From Nitrospirota bacterium (GTDB lineage Bacteria > Nitrospirota > Thermodesulfovibrionia > UBA6902), in contig JACRHD010000060.1 in NCBI GenBank assembly GCA_016234115.1, forward strand, positions 41,135 to 105,134: 64,000 bases of DNA. The letters are read 5' to 3'. The position numbers were made by a program, and so were the translations under genes. The notes below the pieces were generated by a model, which did not search any database, was not told where the DNA came from, and was given only the letters and a program-made list of their open reading frames with translations. Below are positions 46,716-57,446 of this stretch, one piece after another (position 1 is the stretch's first letter; every line of letters starts with the position of its first letter).

Positions 46716-48137
46716 TCAGATCGCTAAAATAATTATTATTACCACCAATAATACGATAGACTGACTTACCCTGTCTCTCAGGGCGAACATGATCGGATCA
46801 TCAGTCATTTCTCCCCGTCCGGTTTTCAGCCAAAGCCGGCTGATCCAGTGTAAAAGTAAAGGACATATCAACCAGAGCACCTTCGGCCTGGAATAAAGTG
46901 TCGTAACGTCCGGGCTGTTGAGATACAGGGCGACAACAATGATAGAAAGATAACCGCTTGCAATACCCATCGCATGTAAATAGTTCAGATCGGTAACGAT
47001 ATAGTCTCTTCCTTTGGCCCTTTCCCTTCCGGTCTTGTCTATGGTGACGAGCTCTGAACAGCGCTTTACCAGCGCGAGACTATAGAAAATAAAGATTGAA
47101 AATGCGATAAACCAGAAGGAGAGAGCGACATTCATGACCTCCCCGCCTGCAATGACCCGGATGGTATACAATCCGGCCAGCACCAGAACATCGATCAACA
47201 TGTAGGCCTTCAGGCGTATTGTGTACGCCAGCGTCAATATCAGATACGCCGTCAGAACGCCGAAGAACCTCCAATCGAGAATGAATGCAATCGTCAGGCC
47301 CATTAATGGAAGAAGCAGCATAATTACGCTTCCGGATATAATGGAAATATCTCCTGAAGCGAACGGCCGGTTTCTTTTTCTCGGATGATTACGGTCCGAC
47401 GGCAAATCAAAAAAGTCGTTGAACAGGTAGCCCCCCGACGCGCAAAGATTGAAGGCGGCGAAGCCCGCTAACCCTTTCATGATCATTGGCATGTTGTTCC
47501 ATTCATGCGCCGTAAAAAGAGGGACAAAGAGCAGGAGATTTTTCAGCCATTGATAGACCCTGATGGCCCTGAGATACACTATAAAACCGCCGCTCCCGCT
47601 TTTAAAGACCTTATGGACATCCGACGTCTTCCCGGCTTTTCTCAGGACGGCCCCTCCCGGATTCACAAGAATGGCCTTCCGGGCATATGGAAAGATATTC
47701 AGATCGACCCTGGAATTGCCGACATAGTCAAAACCCTTGCTGCCGTACTTCTGAAGAAATATTTCAAGTTTCCGTTTTGCGGTAATATTGACGTCCCTGT
47801 CGCTCGCCAGCACAGCGGAGAAAATTCCGAGATGGTTCGCGACACCCGTCGCCAGATTTATCGATGATCCCGTTGCCAGTATCAATTCCCGTCCCTTATG
47901 ACGCTCGCCGCGCAGGAAATCCAGGAAATCATTATTGAACGGCAACAGACCGAAGTCTATATCCACGCGCGCCGCTATCTGGTATTTCAGATAAGATTTC
48001 CCTTTCCAGAGCCAATATGGAATGATAAAAATAAAGAGGGGGTTGCGCTTCAATAAGGCATAACAGCTCTCATACAACAAATCACTTTTGATTAATGTCC
48101 CGTCAAGGTCGACAATAAGTGGTGTTGCCTGACTCAT
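46716..48137 (-). CDS. HAD-IB hydrolase fused to a UbiA-family prenyltransferase (decaprenyl-phosphate phosphoribosyltransferase-like)
   Basis: N-terminus 'LIVDLDGTLIKSD' is the HAD. C-terminal polytopic UbiA domain with the Asp-rich 'NDFFDLPSDRNHPRKRNRP' motif. Confidence 0.7.
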   Translation of the reverse strand: MSQATPLIVDLDGTLIKSDLLYESCYALLKRNPLFIFIIPYWLWKGKSYLKYQIAARVDIDFGLLPFNNDFLDFLRGERHKGRELILATGSSINLATGVANHLGIFSAVLASDRDVNITAKRKLEIFLQKYGSKGFDYVGNSRVDLNIFPYARKAILVNPGGAVLRKAGKTSDVHKVFKSGSGGFIVYLRAIRVYQWLKNLLLFVPLFTAHEWNNMPMIMKGLAGFAAFNLCASGGYLFNDFFDLPSDRNHPRKRNRPFASGDISIISGSVIMLLLPLMGLTIAFILDWRFFGVLTAYLILTLAYTIRLKAYMLIDVLVLAGLYTIRVIAGGEVMNVALSFWFIAFSIFIFYSLALVKRCSELVTIDKTGRERAKGRDYIVTDLNYLHAMGIASGYLSIIVVALYLNSPDVTTLYSRPKVLWLICPLLLHWISRLWLKTGRGEMTDDPIMFALRDRVSQSIVLLVVIIIILAI

Positions 48138-48164
48138 ATCACGTATAGCTAAGTCCTATTTCAT

Positions 48165-48893
48165 TCATGCGCCCGGTCCTGTCTGTTTGAATATCTTTTT
48201 ATAGACCCTGAACATGTCCTTAATGCTGTTGGTAATATGTCTCCTTGACATAACACTTGATTCCCCGAAGGTCCTCGGATAAGTTTGAATGCCCGCCTCT
48301 CCTATCGGGTATCCTCTCACCATTGCATTAATGATTATTTCAGCGCCGATAAATGCGCTGTTGGATATCAGCTTCATATCTTTCACGACGCTTGAGCGGA
48401 TTACTTTCAGGCCGCAATTATGATCACGTAAATGCGACTTAAATAACGTCCTGATAATGCAATTATATACGAAAGATATAAATGTCCGTAACGTGCCGTA
48501 TATTTTGGAATAACGAAACGTTACAATCAGGTCATAATGATGGAACAATTTCGACAGATGGTACAATTCGTTCACGTCATACTGGTTGTCCCCGTCGGTA
48601 AAACAGATCCATTCATACTCAAGCGAATATTTAAAGCCGGTCTGAAGCGCGGCGCCGTATCCGAGGTTCTTCTCATGATGCACTGATATGATATCGGGAT
48701 ATTTCTTTGCTAATTCATCCGCTATCGCCCCTGACCTGTCGGGGCTCGCATCGTCAACGATGATCACTTTGTAACGCGCCGCTACATCGGACAGGACCTT
48801 GAGCGACTTCATGGCGACTGTTTCAACTGTCCCCTCGTCGCGATAAACGGGGAAAAAAATCGCTATGGAAGGTTTTTCAGAAATATTATTCAA
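48165..48893 (-). CDS. GT2 glycosyltransferase (DPM1/GtrB-like catalytic domain, no C-terminal TM)
   Basis: 'IAIFFPVYRDEGTV' and 'IIVDDASPDRS' place it in the GT2 family. Confidence 0.75.
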   Translation of the reverse strand: MNNISEKPSIAIFFPVYRDEGTVETVAMKSLKVLSDVAARYKVIIVDDASPDRSGAIADELAKKYPDIISVHHEKNLGYGAALQTGFKYSLEYEWICFTDGDNQYDVNELYHLSKLFHHYDLIVTFRYSKIYGTLRTFISFVYNCIIRTLFKSHLRDHNCGLKVIRSSVVKDMKLISNSAFIGAEIIINAMVRGYPIGEAGIQTYPRTFGESSVMSRRHITNSIKDMFRVYKKIFKQTGPGA

Positions 48894-49026
48894 TTAATTT
48901 TCCCGCAAACATGTTAGAAACAGTAAGACAAGCATTTTACTATTATATACCGCTCTTGAATTACGGCCGCTGAAGCCTGCACATAATCCATATTCTGAAT
49001 GTTGACTGCGTCTGGTAAGGGACCGG

Positions 49027-50484
49027 CTAATGACTGAGCTGGTTCTTTGCTTCAAAATATTTTCTTTTTATAAATAGTGTTGATAAAAGACCATACATGC
49101 CCTTAGCCATAATTATGATAAACCTGGCCCCGGTCATTCGCTTCAGGTAAGACAGTATGATTCGCGGCCTGAAATAAAATCTTCTGTAGGTGGACTGATT
49201 AATCCTGATGAGCTCTTCACGGGTAAAGCCCTCGGCCACAAAAGTCGCGTTCAGCGTCGTCATCGCGTCCCAATCCTCTGCGAAGGTCCCAAACCGGTGT
49301 ATGTCCCTGTACGCGGGAGAGCCCGGGTAAGGAGTAAAAATGGTGAAAGCCATATCGTCCAGGGGAAGCTCCAGAGCAAGGTCGATGGTCTTTTTAAGGG
49401 TTTCATGCGTCTCCCGGGGCATCCCCATCATGAAATAGCCCTTCATGCCGATGCCGGCCTTCTTTGTCATTTCCGTCGTCTTATAGACCTGCTCCAGTTT
49501 GATCGATTTCAATAATGAATCGAGTATTGCCTGATCACCGCTTTCAATTCCGTAGCATATTTGCCAACACCCCGCTTGCTTCATCAGCTCGAGCATCTCG
49601 GGCGTAACACCGGTGACGCGAGAGAGACAACTCCAGGTCAGGTCGATTTTTTCATCTATCAGCCTTTGACAAAACGCCATCACGCGCTTTCGATTGACGG
49701 TAAAGGTGTCATCGTTGATCTGAAATTCCTTGATGCCGTATTTCTTCGTCAACAAATAAATATATTCGAATAAATAATCGAGGGAATATTGACGGATTAC
49801 CCTCCCATGAATCTCGTTTGTACAAAAAGTACATTGTCCGGGACACCCGCGGGTCGTCATGACGGTAACGGCGGGCGTGCGCTTGACGCTGAAATACGGC
49901 GGTATATATGAGGATTTCAAATCCGGGAACAAATCAACGGCCGGCAGAGGCAGCCAATCAAGGTCTTTAATAAGCTCTCGCCGTTGGGAAAGAGAGACCT
50001 CATTGCCTTTTTTCCAGATCAAACCGTTTATTTCAGCAAACCGGTCTTTTGAGGGGTTGGAAAGATGCAATAATTCAAGCATGGTAATTTCACCCTCTCC
50101 GATTACGCCGACGTCAAATTCCGAATATCGCTTTATGGTGGCCTCAGGCGCGCATGAAATATGCGGGCCCCCTATTACAGTGAGCACGCCCGGCAGAGTT
50201 CGCTTTGCTATCCCGGCGACCCTGGCGGCATCGGAAATCGCAATAGTCGGCGCCGTCAAGCCGACAATTCTGGGCCTGCAGTCGTCAAGGTATTTGCCCA
50301 GTTCATCATCGTTGAGGTCCGTGACTCCCATGTCGAGAATCCTGACCTTAAAACCGTCACGTCTCGCCACGGCAGCAATGCAGGCCAGCCCCGTCTGGAA
50401 AGATTTGCCCCCGCATATTGCGAAATGGCCATATCGTTTTGTCATGCTCAGTGGTGGATCGATCAGAAGAAGGTCGATAGACAT
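49027..50484 (-). CDS. B12-binding radical SAM protein
   Basis: N-terminal B12 domain (LLLIDPP...) plus the cluster motif 'TTRGCPGQCTFCTNE'. Confidence 0.8.
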   Translation of the reverse strand: MSIDLLLIDPPLSMTKRYGHFAICGGKSFQTGLACIAAVARRDGFKVRILDMGVTDLNDDELGKYLDDCRPRIVGLTAPTIAISDAARVAGIAKRTLPGVLTVIGGPHISCAPEATIKRYSEFDVGVIGEGEITMLELLHLSNPSKDRFAEINGLIWKKGNEVSLSQRRELIKDLDWLPLPAVDLFPDLKSSYIPPYFSVKRTPAVTVMTTRGCPGQCTFCTNEIHGRVIRQYSLDYLFEYIYLLTKKYGIKEFQINDDTFTVNRKRVMAFCQRLIDEKIDLTWSCLSRVTGVTPEMLELMKQAGCWQICYGIESGDQAILDSLLKSIKLEQVYKTTEMTKKAGIGMKGYFMMGMPRETHETLKKTIDLALELPLDDMAFTIFTPYPGSPAYRDIHRFGTFAEDWDAMTTLNATFVAEGFTREELIRINQSTYRRFYFRPRIILSYLKRMTGARFIIIMAKGMYGLLSTLFIKRKYFEAKNQLSH

Positions 50485-50656
50485 AGTTGTAGCATCCTTT
50501 TTACTGTTTTAGTGTGTGTAATATTTTAATATATACATTGTTTTTAAAGCAAAGTTTCATATTACCTGTGTCATATTACCTGTAATATGATTACACTCTG
50601 AAAAAAACATGAGATTGATCGACATGCCGGCATTTGATCAATAAACATGTCCCGGT

Positions 50657-52381
50657 TTATTTTTTTTCAATCCAGTAGTTGTTAAGAACAAGAACATCAA
50701 GCCCATTAGTAAAAAAACAGGCAATAGCGTCTCTCGGCCTGGCAATCATCGGCTGGCCCCTGAGGTTAAAAGAGGTATTCATCACTACAGGATGACCTGT
50801 AAGGGATTTTAGTTCATTCAGCATCTCCCAGTACCTGGGATTGGCCTCTCTTTCAACGGTCTGCGGTCTTACACTATTGTCGACATGAACGACTGAAGGA
50901 ACCAAGTCTTTCATCCCGGGCCTGGCCTGATAAGCGACAATCATGAACTCGGCGTCTTCGGCGTCTTCAAGATAGTCCTGCTTGTGCTCCGTCATAAGTG
51001 ACGGGCAAAAAGGCCTCCACGGCTCGCGGAATTTGACCCTTATATTGACCTTGTCTTTCATCTCGGGATCACACGGATTTGCAAGTATCGACCGGTGTCC
51101 CAGGGCCCGGGCGCCGAATTCCAGCGCGCCGTCGAAGTGGGCGACGATTTTACCTTCACTGATCGCTTCGGCAATCTTTCTCGCCATATTGTCCGGACTG
51201 GAATATTTTACCCCGGCAATTTCAAGTTCCTTCCTGATTTCCTCATCAGTCGAAGAAGGGCCGTAATAAACATTTTTCAATTTATGGGGCCTCCATTCCC
51301 CGAGTTTGTGAGACAGCGCTATTGCGGCCCCCAGCGCGGACCCGGCGTCACTCGACGCGGGTTGTGCGAAAATTTTATCAACATAGGGCGAATGCCTGAT
51401 GACCCCGTTCATCTTACAGTTCAGGCCGACCCCGCCGGCTACGCACACATTTCTGATCTTTCCGTTGCCGGTCGCCGTCCTGACTATATTCAGCACGGCT
51501 TTTTCGAGGGTGTCCTGGACAGTAAAGGCAATATCTTTAATTTTTTGATTCAACGGCTCCCCGTAATATCTCGGGGGACCAAAGAGCGCTGCGAGTTTAT
51601 CCGAGTAATGCTTGCCCGCGTCGTGAGTCCCCAATAACAGATACGAAGGGTCTATTTCGTAACCGTCGGAAGATATCCTGATTACCTTTGCTATTTTTTC
51701 TTCCCATTCGGCGACCCTGTTGCCGTAAGGGGCGAGACCCATTACCTTGCCTTCGTCGCGATACGGAACAAATCCCAGGTAATCGGTCATTCCAGCATAG
51801 AACCAGCCGAGAGAATGCGGGATGTCGATTGATTTGATTAATCTGTAATTGCCGCCTTTTGCATGCCATACGCTTGTGCTCAAGTGCTCGCCGGAGCCGT
51901 CGATAATTATAACGGCCGCTTCGTCAAACCCGGACAACAAATAGGTTGAAGCGACGTGTGATTCATGGTGCTCGATAAACTCGATCCTCGGTATCTTTCC
52001 TTTCAGTCCCACCCGCCTCAAACCTTCCCTGGTCTTTGCCGTGATCGTGCCGGGTAGATAATCTAAAATCTGGTATACCCCCTCACGGACGCCCCCGTCA
52101 CTCTTGCCCGATAAGCCGTATTTTAAAAACTGTTTTCCGAAAAATAACGGCATCCTGATTCTATAAGCCGTGCTGTCCCAGCCCCACGCAATATAATCGA
52201 TATCGTCCAGCGTGAGTTTTGCTTTTTCCAGACACCACCTGGCAGCCATACCGGGGAACATGAAATGGGCCCCCTTGAAGTTGATCATGCGCTCTTCTTC
52301 AACGAAGCCCACGAGTTGACCGTCAACTACCAGAGCGGCAGCCGGGTTATATCCGAAACCTAACAACCCCAGTATCTTCAA
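50657..52381 (-). CDS. carbamoyltransferase (NodU/CmcH family)
   Basis: 'MKILGLLGFGYNPAAALVVDGQLVGFVEEER' is the N-terminal Kae1/YgjD-like domain. A C-terminal carbamoyltransferase domain follows. 574 aa. Confidence 0.8.
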   Translation of the reverse strand: MKILGLLGFGYNPAAALVVDGQLVGFVEEERMINFKGAHFMFPGMAARWCLEKAKLTLDDIDYIAWGWDSTAYRIRMPLFFGKQFLKYGLSGKSDGGVREGVYQILDYLPGTITAKTREGLRRVGLKGKIPRIEFIEHHESHVASTYLLSGFDEAAVIIIDGSGEHLSTSVWHAKGGNYRLIKSIDIPHSLGWFYAGMTDYLGFVPYRDEGKVMGLAPYGNRVAEWEEKIAKVIRISSDGYEIDPSYLLLGTHDAGKHYSDKLAALFGPPRYYGEPLNQKIKDIAFTVQDTLEKAVLNIVRTATGNGKIRNVCVAGGVGLNCKMNGVIRHSPYVDKIFAQPASSDAGSALGAAIALSHKLGEWRPHKLKNVYYGPSSTDEEIRKELEIAGVKYSSPDNMARKIAEAISEGKIVAHFDGALEFGARALGHRSILANPCDPEMKDKVNIRVKFREPWRPFCPSLMTEHKQDYLEDAEDAEFMIVAYQARPGMKDLVPSVVHVDNSVRPQTVEREANPRYWEMLNELKSLTGHPVVMNTSFNLRGQPMIARPRDAIACFFTNGLDVLVLNNYWIEKK

Positions 52382-52469
52382 ATTATTTCTCCTTCATCCG
52401 TCCAGTCTTATATTAGCACATTATTTTTTAACGTATCAAAAACCGGCAAAGGCATCGACCTTGGGCCGG

Positions 52470-53249
52470 CTATCTCTTGTGCATATCATATATTTCCGAC
52501 ATATAGCAGAATCTGTAACCCTTCCTGACGACGCCCTCCAGAAAGTTCATGCACAAATCAATCCCGCTATATTTGTTCCGGCTGTAGATGAGCTTCCAGA
52601 TAAGGGGCAGTTTGTCAAAAGATTTTTCGTTGATAATGAAATCATGTAAATGTGAGCCGAAACATGCGACCTCGGGGAGGGAGAGTCTATTATAAAAATC
52701 AAGCCCCAGCAATTTGATATATGAAATTGAAAGAGTAAGCCTGAAAGGAGGCAGCGATGTAAAGGGGATCTCCATGATTCCGGAATTATCATAGTAATGA
52801 ATATTTTTGTTTCTGAGAAGATATTTAAACGGATTGGGGAAATAGGACGGGATTAAACTCGAGTCATAAGAAAAGCCGTGCCTTTCAAGCGCTTTTATCC
52901 CTGAATCGGAAATCTTGCCGCGGGGAGCGCGATACCCTCTGGGCTGCCTTTTGAAATAATCAAGATAAACCGCCTTTGCCCTCGCGATTTCATCCTCTGA
53001 ATCCGGGACGTCAAAATTATGAGAGTAACTGTGCGGTTCAATTTCACAAGCATATTTTTCAAACAATTTAACGACGTTCGGAAATAATTCAAATATTTCG
53101 CCCACGGTAAATACCGTCATCTTTACATCAAGAGAACTCAATGCCGACAATATCTCTTCTACCTTGCCCAGGTCTTTGAAAATTTCATATCCGCCCACCA
53201 CTCCGGCGTAATCAGCCTCAAGGTCCATGGTAAACGAGAAAAGTTTCAA
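52470..53249 (-). CDS. polysaccharide deacetylase (CE4; ArnD-like)
   Basis: 'FTMDLEADY' and 'HSYSHNF' are CE4 motifs. Confidence 0.75.
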   Translation of the reverse strand: MKLFSFTMDLEADYAGVVGGYEIFKDLGKVEEILSALSSLDVKMTVFTVGEIFELFPNVVKLFEKYACEIEPHSYSHNFDVPDSEDEIARAKAVYLDYFKRQPRGYRAPRGKISDSGIKALERHGFSYDSSLIPSYFPNPFKYLLRNKNIHYYDNSGIMEIPFTSLPPFRLTLSISYIKLLGLDFYNRLSLPEVACFGSHLHDFIINEKSFDKLPLIWKLIYSRNKYSGIDLCMNFLEGVVRKGYRFCYMSEIYDMHKR

Positions 53250-53570
53250 ACCCTACCCTCCCGCAGTTCGCGCGGGCCCATTTGTTTCGGATTTGCTCCG
53301 GGACGAGACGGACCCATGGACCAGCGGCATTCTCTGTCGACTTTATGGACAGGATCAATATTGTTCATCACCGGGCAATCCCCTGTTTTTCTCACGGCCG
53401 ACGATCGGTTCCTTTGAAGGACTCATAGACAATATTACGTAATGTTTTATTATATCCTTTAATTCGCCGGTATATAAAGCCGGGGACGTTTTTCCATCCG
53501 GCATTTATTCAAAGCAGGAACCTATGACCCCCTTATTAATACAAACGCAAAATGTATAGTTACATTTTAA

Positions 53571-53668
53571 AAAATCTCCCATGACCCCTGCTTAAGGCGC
53601 CTACTGTCGGTCTTTTCCAAAGAGGGGATTAGTCTCCCCCTTTGAAAAAGGGATGAAGGGGGATTTTA
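53571..53668. repeat. composite intergenic repeat, reverse orientation (element A 53571-53632, element B 53633-53668)
   Basis: Reverse complements match the 7434-7492 and 16761-16798 copies. Confidence 0.75.
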
Positions 53669-53677
53669 TAACTTTAC

Positions 53678-55204
53678 TTATTGCGTTTGTATTAGTATTT
53701 CATAAATACCGAATGTCCTCTCCAGCGCATAGTTAGTCGAAATGTAATTATCAAGCAAATCTATTTTCGTGTCGATGCTGCTGAGATTAGGCTCATGCCG
53801 CAAGCGGGCGGCCAGAACAACAAGCCGGGGGGGACTTGCTTCAAATTCCCTGATCACTTCCTCCTGTACCTCTGCTGAAGTATGGACCCCCGGATTAAGC
53901 ACATGGTATCTTGAAGCGCAGTTCCTCTGCGCAAGAAAGTAAATTATTACGTCGTTGAAAACAAACTGATCGTGATTTGTCACTCCGACATATATTTTGT
54001 CGTCTTTTACGGTGTTGCTCTTTATGTATAATACGGCATCCCTGAGGTCCGAATCTATTACTGAATATCTCGCCCTCTCAATGTCGGGATTGACGGCCTC
54101 CACAACGTAACCGTTCGTGCGAGACAGGAGCATCATGATGACACTGACCGGTTTGGACAAGGTAATGCCGAAGACAACGACAAACAGCATATAGACCAAT
54201 CTGTTATAACCCGCGCTCAGCGACAGTCCTCTCGTCAATATATGGAGTAAAAGCGGGGCCAGTAAAATGCCGCTCAGCGCAACCGGAAGCAGGTGTACGA
54301 CGTCCGACCTGGTCCTTGCCTGATTAAAACAGAATATGCCGATGAGGGAGATAATAAGCAACGAATATGCCGTTGCATCATCTCTTTTGCGTTTTATCAT
54401 GCCGACAGACATAACAGCGCCCGTCACAAGGACTGACGGAAATATAAAGAAAGGAAGGTTCCACCTTGAAAAAGAAGGATAAGGAAGCGCCTGTTTCTCA
54501 AGAAAAGCTAACGGGATAAGGACCAGATCGTTAAACAATTCCCCTGCAGCAGAGTTCATGACAAAATAGACCAGCACAGGCAGCCCTGTCATGAGTCCGC
54601 CTGATATGAATGTGATCGGCGCAGCCCATGAACGTCTCTCAATTATGCTTCTGATTATCAGTACAATAGAAATCGCGATAGAAGCGTATCCTCCCAGATC
54701 ATGCCGAAACAGGACGGCGCAGGCGATAGAGACCGCGCTCAGGATTACATAGTAATTCTTTTGCTCCATCATATACCGCGTCAGCAAATAAACGCTTACA
54801 AATATAAACAGCATGGCGGGATACACCGGGTACGCGGGGAAACTGCTGTGCTGCAGCCAGACAAGCGACATAATCCAGCCTGGCAGCGCAATCTTCTCCG
54901 AAGCTATGAGGTTGATAATAAGAAAAATAGTCATCGAAAGGAGCGCCTTTATCACAAGGTCATATACTCTTTCAGTGAAGACCGATACCCCGAAGACTTT
55001 AAAGAGAGCGGCCAGGGCATAAAGCTGTCCCACCGGGTATTCCGAGGAAAAATCCTTATGCGGGACCTGTCCCTCCAATATCCTCTCCGCCCCGACCAGT
55101 ATTACCGCTTCATCATATGGGGCCAGGGGCAAATTGATTACGGGGAGATAATAAATGATGGCAATAACAAACAGAATTGCCGGGAACAGATATTTTTTGC
55201 GCAT
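53678..55204 (-). CDS. GT-C fold membrane glycosyltransferase (ArnT-like)
   Basis: Polytopic, about 510 aa, with an N-terminal 'LAPYDEAV' loop region typical of ArnT/PMT. The start could be at 55249 in the longer ORF. Confidence 0.5.
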   Translation of the reverse strand: MRKKYLFPAILFVIAIIYYLPVINLPLAPYDEAVILVGAERILEGQVPHKDFSSEYPVGQLYALAALFKVFGVSVFTERVYDLVIKALLSMTIFLIINLIASEKIALPGWIMSLVWLQHSSFPAYPVYPAMLFIFVSVYLLTRYMMEQKNYYVILSAVSIACAVLFRHDLGGYASIAISIVLIIRSIIERRSWAAPITFISGGLMTGLPVLVYFVMNSAAGELFNDLVLIPLAFLEKQALPYPSFSRWNLPFFIFPSVLVTGAVMSVGMIKRKRDDATAYSLLIISLIGIFCFNQARTRSDVVHLLPVALSGILLAPLLLHILTRGLSLSAGYNRLVYMLFVVVFGITLSKPVSVIMMLLSRTNGYVVEAVNPDIERARYSVIDSDLRDAVLYIKSNTVKDDKIYVGVTNHDQFVFNDVIIYFLAQRNCASRYHVLNPGVHTSAEVQEEVIREFEASPPRLVVLAARLRHEPNLSSIDTKIDLLDNYISTNYALERTFGIYEILIQTQ

Positions 55205-55211
55205 ATTGCGT

Positions 55212-56321
55212 TTAATCAATATCGTCCAGAATCTCCTGCAGCGCGGCAATGACTATTCCCTGTTCTTCATCGGAGAAGGAAGGATACATCGGCAAATTGA
55301 AGATCTCACCGGCGGCCTTTTCCGTATGGGGCAGGTCTCCCGTCCGGTAGCCCAGATACCTGTAACCCGTCATGGAATGAATGGGCCACGGATAGTTTAT
55401 GTTGACGAAAATATCTTTTGATTGAAGCCGGGACATGATCCCGTCCCTCCGGGGATGACGACAAACGTACAAATGATAAACATGCTCATTGCCCGGCATG
55501 GTCTCAGGCAGAGAGAGGCTTGTCATTGCTAAAGATTGATCATATTTATGCGCAATTTCTCTTCTGCGCGCAATATATTCATCGAGGTGAGACAACTTGC
55601 GCAAAAGGATTTCAGCGTGCAGTTCATCAAGCCGTGAATTATAGCCGCTTTCTTCCGAATAATACGTTTTCTCCATGCCGTAGAAGCGAAGGCGTCGCAT
55701 TTTGCTGTAGAGATTTTCATCGTTTGTCAATATCATGCCGCCGTCGCCGAAGCCGCCCAACACCTTGGTAGGGTAAAATGAAAAAGCGGCAAGGTCCGAC
55801 ATGGAGCCCGCCTTAATGCCGTTGAACGACGCCCCGTGACACTGGGCGCAATCTTCAATAACTCTTAAACCGTGGGCGCGGGCGATATCATTCACGCCTT
55901 TCATATCGACGCATTGGCCGTAGAGATGGACCGGCAGGATGCATTTTGTATTCTCCGTAATTGCCTTCTCAATCAAAGAAGTGTCCATAAGGTATGTCTC
56001 GGGGTCGATGTCGACAAAGACAGGCCTGGCCCCTGCTGCGACAATAGCTGAAACAGTCGGGACCGCCGTATTTGCGACCGTGATTACCTCATCGCCGGCG
56101 CCTATTCCCAGGGCCTTAAGACCGAGAAAGAGCGCGTCCGTGCCGCTGTTGACTCCCACGCCGAAATTCACTCCGCAGTACGCGGCAAAAGCTTCTTCAA
56201 AATTCTTTACGCTGTCTCCCAGGATCAGGCGCCCTGAACTCAACACCTTCTCGATAGCAGCGTGAATCTCTTCCTTTTCTTTCTCGTATTCCCTGAGATA
56301 GTCCCACACTCTTATGGTCAT
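55212..56321 (-). CDS. DegT/DnrJ/EryC1/StrS-family PLP sugar aminotransferase (ArnB-like)
   Basis: 'NSGTDALFLGLKAL', 'YGQCVDMKGV' and 'FSFYPTKVLG' match the fold type I sugar aminotransferase. Confidence 0.85.
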   Translation of the reverse strand: MTIRVWDYLREYEKEKEEIHAAIEKVLSSGRLILGDSVKNFEEAFAAYCGVNFGVGVNSGTDALFLGLKALGIGAGDEVITVANTAVPTVSAIVAAGARPVFVDIDPETYLMDTSLIEKAITENTKCILPVHLYGQCVDMKGVNDIARAHGLRVIEDCAQCHGASFNGIKAGSMSDLAAFSFYPTKVLGGFGDGGMILTNDENLYSKMRRLRFYGMEKTYYSEESGYNSRLDELHAEILLRKLSHLDEYIARRREIAHKYDQSLAMTSLSLPETMPGNEHVYHLYVCRHPRRDGIMSRLQSKDIFVNINYPWPIHSMTGYRYLGYRTGDLPHTEKAAGEIFNLPMYPSFSDEEQGIVIAALQEILDDID

Positions 56322-56429
56322 TTTCTTCTCACATGAAACAGTTTAAATGCGGTTAGTTGTTGCCCCGAATCTTTCATGGCCCCGGTCAAATCGTAATTTA
56401 TTTAAAAAATATCTTATGAAGCCCGGATT

Positions 56430-57446
56430 TCAATAGTCCCAGTAGTGGCTGCCGTACTTCCTGTAATATTCCAGAGAAGCGGCCAGTCCGTCTTCAATTG
56501 ATGTCCCGGGCTCCCATCCCAGCAGCGACCGGATTTTTCCGTAGTCTCCGTAATAATCCCCTATATCTATCTGCTTCCGTTCAGGCGGGAAAGGAACAAT
56601 GGAATACGACCCGGCCTTGTTGATTTTTATCAGCAGGGCCGCCAGGTCCTTCAGATTAATATGGTCATTGCAACCCGTATTGAAAATCTGACCATACGCT
56701 TCCTCTCTTATCGCCGACATCAAAAAGGCATCTACGATGTCCTCTACAAAATTAAAGTCGCGTAATTGTCTTCCATCGCCGAACACCTTGATTTCTTCCC
56801 CGGAGATAAGCTGCTTTATCCAGATACCCAGAAAAGTCTGTCTGGCGTCCTTCACGCGCATGCGCGGACCATAGGTGTTGGTCAAACGCAGTGAACAGGA
56901 CCTGATCCCATAAACATTATTGTAAAGGATGTGATACCATTCCCCGGCCATTTTGTTTATACCGTTGACGTCCGTAGGATGAAGCAAATGACGCTCGTCA
57001 ACAGGCAGGTAATCGGGCACTCCATACATTTGCCGGGTGCTGGCAAAGACAATTTTTATGGAAGGATTATAGTGGCGGCATGTCTCTAATATGGACAACT
57101 GCGCCCGGCAATTGATCTCCAGGTCCGTGTAAGGATCGACCATCGAGTCGGCATGGGCCGTCTGTCCCGCTAAATTGAACAGATAGTCTTTCCCCTTTAT
57201 AAGATATCGCATGCTGTATATGTCCCTTACATCGGCTATATTTACTTCAACCTCTTTTTCAATGTCCCTGATATTAAATAAATTGCCCCCGTATTCCGGA
57301 ATAAGCGAATCCACTAATAAAACCTGGGCGCCGTACTCAACCAGGCGGTGGGCCAGGTTTGAACCTATAAAACCCAGTCCGCCGGTAATAATGACCTTCT
57401 TGTTCCTGAATTTCTCAAGTCCCGTTGCTTTATTCATGAGCCTCAT
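56430..57446 (-). CDS. NAD-dependent epimerase/dehydratase (UDP-glucuronate decarboxylase / ArnA C-terminal-domain-like)
   Basis: 'VIITGGLGFIGSNL' and the 'YxxxK' motif mark an extended SDR. It is embedded in Arn-like gene context. Confidence 0.75.
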   Translation of the reverse strand: MRLMNKATGLEKFRNKKVIITGGLGFIGSNLAHRLVEYGAQVLLVDSLIPEYGGNLFNIRDIEKEVEVNIADVRDIYSMRYLIKGKDYLFNLAGQTAHADSMVDPYTDLEINCRAQLSILETCRHYNPSIKIVFASTRQMYGVPDYLPVDERHLLHPTDVNGINKMAGEWYHILYNNVYGIRSCSLRLTNTYGPRMRVKDARQTFLGIWIKQLISGEEIKVFGDGRQLRDFNFVEDIVDAFLMSAIREEAYGQIFNTGCNDHINLKDLAALLIKINKAGSYSIVPFPPERKQIDIGDYYGDYGKIRSLLGWEPGTSIEDGLAASLEYYRKYGSHYWDY